Shown here piece by piece: positions 14,447 to 24,364 of a stretch of DNA of 64,000 nt. The notes under the pieces are model-generated. The model had not been told where the DNA came from and ran no database searches. It saw only the letters and a program-made list of their open reading frames with translations. A program made the translations under genes and the position numbers. Every line of letters begins with the position of its first letter. Positions within the stretch are counted from its first letter, which is position 1. Source of the DNA: Trypethelium eluteriae (Eukaryota); contig JAVECL010000010.1 of assembly GCA_051942245.1 (NCBI GenBank), positions 1 through 64,000 on the forward strand, read 5' to 3'.

Positions 14447-14761
14447 GAGCAACAGATTGCGAAGGTCGAGGATGCAGGTTTGCCGGCCACCTTTTCTTTC
14501 TTGTTACTGTGTAGAAATTGTCGACTGTTGATGTATATCCTGTCGGTCCTTTGAATTATTGGGCCTCTACCTCTGAAATGGTATGCTACGTCACCAGCAT
14601 CAGAGGAGAGCCATGCTGATCGACATGCGGGGTGCAACATCATTTGTACAATATCTCATCCGATGCAAATTGCAACCAGTCTCAACTTCAAGCTTCTCCT
14701 CAAATTCCTTTGCACTACACTCTTTTCCTAGCACTGGGCCACTCTTCCTTCTCAGTTCATC

Positions 14762-15760
14762 ATGTCACCATCCACCACCTCATTCCTTCCTACGCCCTCC
14801 ACCAATCAAACCTACGTTACTGTATCTCCAATTGAAGGCGGATTCATCACCCTCCCAGAAAAGTTCTTTATATCTCCGGCCGACCCTGATGCCCGCAAGA
14901 CAGTGCCTTCCCTTTCCTTCCTCATCACCCACCCTGGCCCTATTCCCCCCATTCTCGAACCATATGCCATAGCTGCCCACAAAACCCCCATTCACATCCT
15001 TTTTGACCTGGGCCTGCGCCGCTCTACTTCACGCTACTTGCCCATCCAGCAAACTCACCTCAATGGTCGGCAGCCGTACCGTCTGGAGCCAGGGGTAGCT
15101 CAGCATCTTCGAGCAGGAGGCTTGGAACCAGACAAGGTCGACGCCGTATTTCTATCCCACGTGCACTACGATCATCATGGGGACCCTGAGGATTTCCCCG
15201 AGAGCGCGTTCGTAGTCGGTCATGGTGCTCCGGACGTGCTGCAGCACGGGCTTCCAGGGAAGGGATCGCATCAGTATTTCCAGAAGGATCTGCTACCCAG
15301 GTCGCGTACGCTTGAACTGCCTTCTCCGATGTCTCGAGTTGACTTGGAAGCTACGCAGCCAGCGCTGAGGCCCTTGGGTGAGGATAGTAAGTGGGCACCC
15401 CTTGGGCCCTTTCCTGCAGCACTGGATCTCTTCGGGGATGCTTCAGTATATATAATAGATACACCAGGTCATCTTCCTGGACATATGAACTTGCTATGTC
15501 GAACCGGGCCTCAGAAATGGGTTTGTCTTGCTGGAGATGCATTTCATGATAAAAGACTCTTGACGGGGGAAAAGGAAATTGGAACATGGCAAGGGGAAGG
15601 AGGCGAAGACTTTTGTATCCACATCGACAAAGACACAGCAAGGAGTAGTATTGAGAGATTAAGGAAGTTACAGGAGGAGGAAGGGGTGGAGATCGTGGCA
15701 GCACATGATGTAGGGTGGTGGGAAGAGAATAAAGGAAAGCTTTTCCCAGCGCACCTTTAG
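14762..15760 (+). CDS. Metallo-beta-lactamase-fold hydrolase, AHL-lactonase/lactamase-like
   Basis: PSLSFLITH, LFDLGLR, SHVHYDHHG (HxHxDH), DLFGD.SVYIIDTPGHLPGH, LAGDAFH, C-terminal AHD; intronless 332 aa. Confidence 0.9.
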   Translation: MSPSTTSFLPTPSTNQTYVTVSPIEGGFITLPEKFFISPADPDARKTVPSLSFLITHPGPIPPILEPYAIAAHKTPIHILFDLGLRRSTSRYLPIQQTHLNGRQPYRLEPGVAQHLRAGGLEPDKVDAVFLSHVHYDHHGDPEDFPESAFVVGHGAPDVLQHGLPGKGSHQYFQKDLLPRSRTLELPSPMSRVDLEATQPALRPLGEDSKWAPLGPFPAALDLFGDASVYIIDTPGHLPGHMNLLCRTGPQKWVCLAGDAFHDKRLLTGEKEIGTWQGEGGEDFCIHIDKDTARSSIERLRKLQEEEGVEIVAAHDVGWWEENKGKLFPAHL

Positions 15761-16642
15761 GTTGAGGCCATTGAGATGGATCGAAACTCACGAGATTTAC
15801 TTCGATAGACATGGGCCATCGTCATTTAGCCCTGCGAATACTTCTCGTTGAAACCGAGAATGAGCGGGAAGTTATTTTGGAACGATGTTGAAGGTGGAAG
15901 TCGAGCCAAATGGATACAAAGGGTACCCTGCTGTTTTCGACGAGTTCCGGAACCCTCAGCTTACGGAAATGTTTGCGAGTTCAATAGTATTCTTATCTGC
16001 ATTGACTTGCATGTCTGTTGAGGGAGAACATCAGAGCCAGCTCGATTATGCTACGTATCTGGGTATTGAAGCATACCTATTTCACCTGTGAAAACGAAGA
16101 TCAAACATATAGCTTTCGATATTCCCCGTGAGATGTATCGTATAGTCGACGCGCTCGGCTCTTATAATAGGGCATCTTCTAGGGGGACCAACATACCAAT
16201 TGTACGCTATAGGGCAGTCTCTAGTGCAGAAGAAGTGGAGCTTCTTGCAAAAAGGATCAAGGAAGAGATCATTTCCTTTTCGATGTATTTTTACCTGGGC
16301 CGCTTTAGTGAAACAGAAATTGGCAAGTCATTTCCAGGAAATGCAGGTACTATCAAGCATTATACCGCGTTTCGTGTTATTTTGGAGGAATAAAGTGTAC
16401 ATGTACATAACTGACGAATTTTTAGACAACATCAATAACTTTCCTAGTCCCAGATCAACGCGATGAGTCAAACCCAAATAAAATGTGCTCTCGACTCACC
16501 AGAACAAAGCACTCCTAGATCGCGGAAACGGGAAATCGTCCTCGTCCACCAACGCCACCATCCTGGCCCTCCACCTTGCTTGCAGACCCTCATACAATCT
16601 TTGCGGCCTTTATCTTTTATGCTTGTTATTTCCCACACTTCG

Positions 16643-17995
16643 CTAGGACTTTGGAAGCGCAGCCCCAAATCCGAACATGTCATCTTTACCTCCACCGCCA
16701 GCCACGCTAGGAGCCTTGCTTGCACCGCCCCCTCCAATACTCTTCGCGCCTCCTCCAGTACCACCAGGCTTATTCGGCATGGCAGACCCAAGCCCAAACA
16801 TGTCATCCTTACTCCCTCCCCCACCAGCCCTACTCCCCGTACCTTGTACGCTTTTTGGTCCTCCACCACCAGGCTTATTCAACGCCGCCCCAAACCCAAA
16901 CATGTCATCTTTGCTCCCTCCACCAACTCCCTTCCCGACACTCTGCCCACCCTTTGTCGCACTGCCGCTCGCATTCTGCCCGCTCTTCGATGCTCCACCA
17001 GCACCAGCACTGGCGCCAGCCCCACCAGGCCGCGACCGCTTATCCGGGATCACCTTCCCACTGTCGTTCTTCCGACTCGTCACGCCGACCATGGGCGAGC
17101 CCTTCGTCGCAGTTGAAGCCGGGCCGGGTGTTGGCGTCGCTTTCTTGCCTTGACTCGCCGGCAGGCTTTTATTCACCGCTGGCTTGCTCGCCGCGCCACT
17201 GCCATTGCCACTGCCATTGCCACTGCCATTGCCATTGCCGTTCCCCGACTTGGTGTTCGTCGATGCCTTGCCAGCGCCGCCAGGTTTGCTTTCAGGGCTG
17301 GTGGATTTCTTCCCCGAGTTGCTGGTGCTGGATTTTGAGTTGTCGGAGCTGTAGGGCGCAGGGAGGGCTTTTTTGGCGTTGTTCACGGTTGTGGTGCCTG
17401 CCTTTTTGGCACCTTCTGTGCTTGGGAGTGCCCTCTTGGCACCTCCGAGGGCGGATTGGGACGTTTTGGTGCTGGGAGCTGGGAGGGCCTTCAAAGGTCC
17501 CCCAGCGGACGGAAGGGCCTTCTGTGCGCCACCTGCAGAAGGAAGGGCTTTCTTTTGGTTCTGCTGACTGGACCTTGACTTGTCATCCTTTTTCTTGGAT
17601 GGAAGGACAGTCTTTTGAAGTTGCTGAGGGGAGTCCGCTTTGGTGGCGTCGACGGCGGCAGTACCGTAAGAATTGATAGAATTACCCCAGCCTGCTGCTG
17701 TTGCAGCGACACCTGTGAGAGACTCGGGTCAGCGCTGTTCTGCTAAGCTAGCAGCATGGGTCTGCATTTCAGTTTTGAAGCCATTGAGAATGGACGAAAA
17801 CTTCAGACTGTCTCCTATGACATGTGCGATACGATGGACAAGCTATAGCATACCATTCCCGACTTGTCGCCCGCTTGCTTCGATCAGGTCTCCTGCGCTG
17901 TTCACGAGTCCTCCTGCAAGATTGCCAGCATACGTGATGCCCGACTGTATCGCACCCTGCGCAGCATTCTGGATGAATCCTGAGATCATATCCAT
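16643..17995 (-). CDS. Low-complexity Gly/Ser/Lys-rich hypothetical protein with short internal repeats
   Basis: ATG 17995 (MDMISGFIQNAAQGAIQSG...); intron 17713-17853 (GTATGC...GCTGAC...CAG) splices in frame into ORF 16643-17494. Contains about six KALP-type repeats, an NGSG run and three GGGxKDDMFG(F/L)G repeats. Confidence 0.75.
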
Positions 17996-18346
17996 TTTTT
18001 CCGACTCCGAAACCCTGCTTTGGATGAATGTCGGAACAATACAAAGCTTAGCACAGCCGTGGGAATAGAATTTCCAGCAAATGCTTCATACAAGAGAATC
18101 AGAGGTCTGGACAAGACTTGCTAGGAGATCGAATAGTGGAATGGTTGCAGTGCTCCAGCCACAGTGGGCTCCGGATTGGAGAGTCGACAGCGTGCAAGCT
18201 TGACGTCAGAGCGATCGCTGGCCAGGATTCTACCGTTCCCAGAAACTACGCGCCAATGGTCCGCCACAGACGCAAGTCTCCATTTCCCCACCCTCGCACG
18301 TGATCATCGAGATGTCTCCACGCATCCCTGATTCTCGCAGTTAGTA

Positions 18347-18598
18347 CAGTGGTCATTTTTGAAGTGGGCCAGCACTAGACTGGGGGACCTGAATACTACC
18401 AATCAGTATCCGTACTAGCCTTGTCTAGTCTCTGCCACTGATCCATATGAAGACTTAATAAAGTGAATTTTGACCAATTAAAAGAATTGATACCTGAAGC
18501 AGCTATCTAGTAAAGGACTAAGGCTGTTTTTGAGAACCAATCGGATTACACACTATAATCCCCTGTCTAGCGCTGTTCCACTTCAAAAATGACCACTG
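18347..18598. mobile_element. MITE family A, Tc1/mariner-type non-autonomous element, 252 bp
   Basis: TA-flanked. Perfect 21 bp TIR CAGTGGTCATTTTTGAAGTGG / CCACTTCAAAAATGACCACTG, extending to ~39 bp with mismatches. AT-rich non-coding interior. Confidence 0.9.
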
Positions 18599-18600
18599 TA

Positions 18601-18785
18601 CCTTACAGCGGCTGGGGGGTTTCCTTAACTGGTAATTAATACAATGTTATTTTGACTTTGCTGTTATGACCTTGTTGGTGGTTCATGTCAACATTGCCTT
18701 AACATAGGCGAACATGGTCATAACAGTTAGACTGAGGTAACATTATATTAATTACTAGTTGAGGAACCCCCCAGCCGCCGTAAGG
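18601..18785. mobile_element. MITE family B, fold-back element, copy 1
   Basis: TA-flanked. Ends CCTTACAGCGGCTGGGGGG ... CCCCCCAGCCGCCGTAAGG. Nearly the whole element is an imperfect inverted repeat. Homologous to 48105-48285. Confidence 0.9.
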
Positions 18786-19161
18786 TACTCTTCAAGATGT
18801 ATCCGTAACTTCATGAAACCATTTCCTACGATCTCGCTGGAAAGGTAGTTCTGTTAATGCCATGACTACATGTAGGTAACGCGCAGCTCCCTCAGTGTCA
18901 CTTTTCTATGGCACTGCAAATACAATGTAAAATGAGTGAGAGCATTAGCTTTCAGATGTGTCCGACGACCAATGTCAAGCAGTAGCTGTACGGTACCAGG
19001 CGCCGCAGCCTTGCCTGGTATTGCTAGAAGGCCGGGCCAGAAACATTCTCCGTCCATTTTTCACCCATCATCATGTCACAACCGCAACACTTACTGTTCT
19101 TCCTTTATCTGTCCAAAATCTGATAGCATCTCACGTTGGAATCCACAAGTTCTCAGCTGAG

Positions 19162-22100
19162 ATGGCTGTTAAGCGAAATGGCACTGTCTTTCGTGTCAGT
19201 GGTCTTCCAGCCTCGCCGGCCAACGATGAGCTACAAAGAACGCTGGAGCACACCATCAAGTATAATCTTTTAGACGATGAAAAGTCGAAGATACTGCTTA
19301 GCATCGACATCGTGCCCTCCTGCTACAACAATGGACAGGAAAAGATCGCGCTGGTAGAGTTCCAGGGTGGAACTCCCCACTTCTTGTCCAAGCTGGAGGA
19401 AGACCCATTGGAAGACTGGCAGCTGGAAATGAACGATGTAGATATCAATTTCGATCGTCATTTTTTGGGATTCACACAACTTTATGCACCAAAGCCAAAT
19501 ACACCTATCACAGCGGAGTACGTAGCAAGCCTCTGACAGTATACTCGACTCGCGCGGCTGACCTACGCTGTCGCAGCATAATCGCAATCACCGGCCTCGA
19601 TGGGCATGCATACGGCTCTTGGAGAGGACGAGGAAATTTGGGTCGAATGTAGCTACGCGACTTTCTGTGCAAAGACCTGCCTCATTGTCGCACAATAACC
19701 TATGGATACAACTCCAAACTTTCAAGCAGGGGCATCGACACAATTATGGACTATGGTCGGGAGTTGATAGAGGAATTGAAGAAGGTTAGATCGATGGATG
19801 AGGTATCGATTTTTCACGATGCGTAACTGTGAGGACGCGTGTACAACACTGACAGCCTCAACCATAGGAGAGACGGCGACCCCTATTTCTCGTTGCGCAC
19901 AGTTTTGGAGGTATCATCATGGCTCATGTAGGTCCTACCCAGCTCGCGCTACGAAGATTCCACTGATTTAGCGGGCCAGTGTCTCATTCAGGCAGAGCAA
20001 ACAAGGCAAGATGATGAATCAACCATTGCGTCCCTTTACAGAGCCACATACGGCATGCTCTTATTTGCAATACCGCACAAAGGCCTTATCGTTGATAATA
20101 TTCAAAAAATGCTGTCAGGACAAGAGCAACATCCTCGAAATAACCTACTATCACAAATCAAAGTCCAGTCTGATGTCCTCGCGATCCAGCTAGGTCATTT
20201 CAAAAATCTCCTCCGCGACCGGAAGATTACTAGCTTCTACGAGATGAAACAGACCAGACAGCCTCAATTTGTACGAGAATGCATCAGCACTCGATCATGG
20301 AAATCGCTAATATCCTCGTCATAGGACAGTGAAAGCCAAAGTTGGAGAAGAAGTGGTGACTACGTAACAGCCGTTGAGACTGACTCGTCTCTTCTACAGC
20401 TCCCAGATCAAATCGAGGAAAAGATCCCCTTACATGCTGATCACTCCGAGATCGTCAAGTTCAATAGCCGGACAGACAAAGGATACACGAGTGCTCTAGG
20501 AAAGCTTAGACAATTTGAGCGGGACGCCCCATATATTGTCGCTACCCGTTTCGATCCGCATTGTGAGTGTATTCTCCCCTGTCTTCCATAAAGTACCAAG
20601 GTGTTCATGTTTTATGTCTAGTAATCTTCCTAATAGCTAATGCCATCACACTTCAGCACGACCGCCAGACATGCCACAAATGCCCTGCGAGGCAGCGCTG
20701 CAGGGGACACACGCGCCTATTCGTCAAGATTGCTCCATTGGCTCTGCACTTGAAAGAGATAGGGAAAGCAGACAAAGGCTGTACAACGATCTCATAGAGT
20801 CGCTAAATTTTCCGCGCGAGGACGCACGTCTCAGGAACGTCAAAAGAGCACACGGCAAGACCTGCTTATGGATCTTTTCACAAGCAGAATTTAAGCAATG
20901 GCGCGACGCACGCAACGTGGCAGAACATCATGGTTTTCTGTGGATCAAAGGCAAACCGGGATCTGGCAAATCGACCATAATGAAGGCTTATGATGTGAGG
21001 AAGAAGAAAGCGAACGAAGTAGTCATTGCATACTTTTTCAATGCTAGGGCGACCGATGTGCTGGAAAAATCGAGCTTGGGAATGTATCGCTCTTTGGTTC
21101 GTCAGCTCCTTAGAGCATTGCCACACTTAGAGGATGCTTTCCTCGAACAATTTCACACGAAGGCAAACAAAGGCGATGCTGATCCGTGGACAAGTACCGA
21201 GCTTCAGGAGTTTATACTACAAGTTGCTGAGAGCCTTGGTCATCGATCGCTCACTGTCTTCATCGATGCCCTTGACGAGGGGCAGGAGGACGATATTCGC
21301 AGCATGATTCAGTTCCTTGAAGAATTAGGACAAGTGTCAGTTGACAGTCAAGTATCACTCAGGATCTGCCTATCAAGTCGACATTACCCATGCATCAGAA
21401 TCAAGAAGGGAATTGATCTAGTTGTGGACAGTCAGCCAGGTCACAACAATGATATTGCCTCGTATGTCAATGATCATCTGAAGATAGATGATAGTACGCA
21501 AACGGAAGCACTAAAGCAGAAGATTTGCGCTAAAGCATCTGGAGTATTCCTCTGGATAGTACTGGTCATCCCAATCTTGAATAAGCAGGCTGATCATGGC
21601 CATATCGATGCAATGAATAAATGCCTGGACGACATTCCCCCTGAACTGGACGACCTTTTTGCTCGAATTCTGGAAAGGGATACCGAAAATAGAGGTGAGG
21701 TCCTGCGGTCGCTGCAGTGGGCCTTATATGCTCAGCGTCCGCTCAGTCCGGTGGAGTTGTATTTGGCCATCAAGGCCGGATCTGAATCCCCAGACGAACT
21801 GACTTCCGAGATTCCACATGAAGAGGCTATTCGACGATACCTTCTCAGTTGCTCTAAAGGCCTTACCGAGGTTTCAAGCTCTGAGCCCCCAATAATTCAA
21901 TTCATCCACGAGACCGTTCGAAGCTTTCTGTTAAAGGAAAATGGATTGACCGACCTTCAATCCGATCTCGGACAATCCTCGCCTGGGCGCAGTCACCAGC
22001 AACTGAGGCAAAATTGTTTTCGATATTTGTTGTTAGTGGATGGATTGCCCCAGTTCGACGAGGTTAGCCTTGGTAAAAGAAAACGCAACGCCACATCAGA

Positions 22101-23529
22101 GGGTAAACAAATGGACGAAAACGTGAAGGACGATATATCCCGAGAATTTCCATTCACAGAATACGCTGTAAAAAATGTTTTCCTTCACGCAGAAGCAGCT
22201 CAAAGCCATGGACTTTCGCAGCGAGCTTTTCTAAAACACCTCGCAGGAGAGGCAAATGCTGCATTCAGAAAATGGATACTTCTCTACAACATTTTCCAGC
22301 GTTACAGAATCCGTCGGTATACTCCAAGAGCCAGTCTACTTTACATCACCTCAGATCATAACCTGATCAACCTCGTCAAGGTCTTGATAGGGGACTCATT
22401 CGACATCAATTTCAAAGGTGAGAGGTATGCCACTCCTCTCGGAGCAGCGTGTGCAAATGCCCACGAAAAAGTAGCTCATCTGCTTATGGAAGCGGGAGCG
22501 GATGTCAATATCCTTGGTGGGGAACACAGTCATGCTCTCTTTGCGGCCATATCCCGTAAAAACGATTACATTGTGCGACTTATACAGAGCAAAAGCGAGT
22601 TTGAATCACGGGACATACTGTGCGTAAAACTGGATGTGACAATCCGCCGTGGTTATGTCTTCGGTGTAGAGGTCTTACTTGATCTAGGAGCTTATACGGA
22701 CGCCGATGGACACATCATGTCAGCTGACCCACTCTTCTTAGCGGCGGAGAACGGTAACCGCGAGATTGTCTTGCTTTTGCTACGTCGCGTTGCTCATACT
22801 ACTATACTGAACGGAGTTCTATCTTCCGCCAAGTCCAAGTTTCCCTCGAATCACCAGGGAAGTACAGCACTGCAGGTGGCTTCATACTATGCCTTTGAAA
22901 ACGTCGTAAGGCTGCTGCTTGATCATGGCGCCGACGTCAATACACAAGGCGGGGAATATGGCACAGCACTCCAAGCGGCTTCGTACTATGGCTCTGAGAA
23001 CATCGTGAAGCTATTGCTGAATAACGGCGCCGACGTCAATGTACAAAGTGGGAGATATGGCACAGCACTCCAAGCGGCTTCAAAGGGAGGCGTTGAGAAC
23101 ATCGTGAAGCTATTGCTGAAGAACGGCGCTGACGTCAATACACAAGGCGGGGAATATGGCACAGCACTCCAAGCGGCTTCATCTGCATATGCAGACGCTA
23201 AGCATGTCGTGAAACTATTGCTTGATAGAGGCGCAGATGTCAATGCGCAAGGTGGAATACATAGTACCGCGCTCATAGCAGCTTCGAGATATGGAATGTC
23301 GATCTATGACAGCGAGCCGACCGTGACGCTACTACTCGACAGAGGGGCCGACGTTAACGCACAAGACGCCCGGGGCGACACCGCGCTTCAAGCGGCTCTA
23401 AGCCGGGTGAGCGATGATGGAGCAGAAAAGATCGCGTGGCTTTTGCTTGGTCGCGGAGCAGACGTCAGTCTCCTCCCGCAAAATTTAGGCTACGTCGAAA
23501 GACTTCAGAAATTTGGAATTTTGGATTGA
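19162..23529 (+). CDS. Fungal NLR-like protein: SesB/PGAP1-like alpha/beta hydrolase + NACHT + ankyrin repeats, with an in-frame premature TAG at 19650-19652
   Basis: Six exons splice in frame: IIAITGLDGHAYGSW, GRM*LRDFL, TYGYNS, AHSFGG (nucleophile elbow), AIPHKG, ADHSEIVKF, then ORF 20671-23529. That ORF has P-loop GKPGSGKS, Walker B FIDALDE, SSR sensor, FIHETVR and multiple GADVN...TALQAAS ankyrin repeats. Confidence 0.9.
22927..23180 (+). repeat. Near-identical 99 bp tandem ankyrin-coding repeats
   Basis: GGCGCYGACGTCAAT recurs at 22927, 23026 and 23125 (exact 99 nt period). Copies 1 and 3 share an identical 50 nt stretch. Confidence 0.9.
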
Positions 23530-24364
23530 ATAGTGGAGACCTATGAAAAGTGGCTCAGCTTATAACTAAAGAGTCGCCTCCTCGCGACCATACAGTCGAG
23601 TTCATGTCTAAAGGATTCTTCGCTGAGTGAAACGTGGAGCAAAGGATGCTGTGAGGACTCCCTATGATGGCCTTGTACTCCATACGCACGCAAACTCTCA
23701 CAAATTGATCCGGGAGGTACTCGATACTTGGCTCTCGAGCTATTTTAAGTGTACTGAATCTTTGGAGAAAATCCAGTAGTTTGGAACCCCAGAGGGCGGT
23801 CGATATCTAGGAGATCGTACCTCCAAGCAAATATAAAGAAATATGTCGTGGACCGAAACTACCGATTGAAAAATCGCAGTCGGTGGATTTCCACAAGTCA
23901 GGACAGATCGTCCATCATCCAGGCTCGCCTGGTTCTAGCCTGGCTCTAGCCCCTCCGAGACTCGGTAACATCATTCCACGACATCCGGATTAAGGATATC
24001 AAGGGGGAACGCAGCGAGCACAAAGAAACGCTCTATCACCGAAGTAATCCTTCCTATTCTAAGATGACAGCTTCTTTGCATGTCTTTCAAACCCAGTCTA
24101 CAGAGCAGAAGGGACTGTATCCTAGCTTCTGAACCTTGATGCTCACGTGTTCCAGAACACCACGACGAAGAGTCGACGACGTTGTCAGATGACGAGCTCA
24201 GATAGCCGAGAAATTCTCTAGAGTCAGATCAGGCCTGGCTCAGTGTCCTCTGGCCTCCCAAGCGTGTCTGCTCGAATGACCTAAGTACTGGACTTCCTCC
24301 AGAGCTTAGGACCAGAGCGAATCTTCAATAGACATCTGATATATCCAGACTTTTTCTGAGAATC

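Noticed and set aside
15885..16393. Two adjacent short ORFs, possibly a gene relic
   Set aside because: No recognisable motif or splice support.
16463..17676. Long + strand ORFs (217, 158 and 318 aa, including an HCHCHC run)
   Set aside because: Antisense shadows of the Gly-rich minus-strand gene; the HC run is the reverse complement of the NGSG codons.
16643..19520. Amyloid-signalling NLR/effector gene pair
   Set aside because: The NLR carries its own hydrolase effector domain, and no shared HRAM, PP or sigma-like motif is visible in the neighbour.
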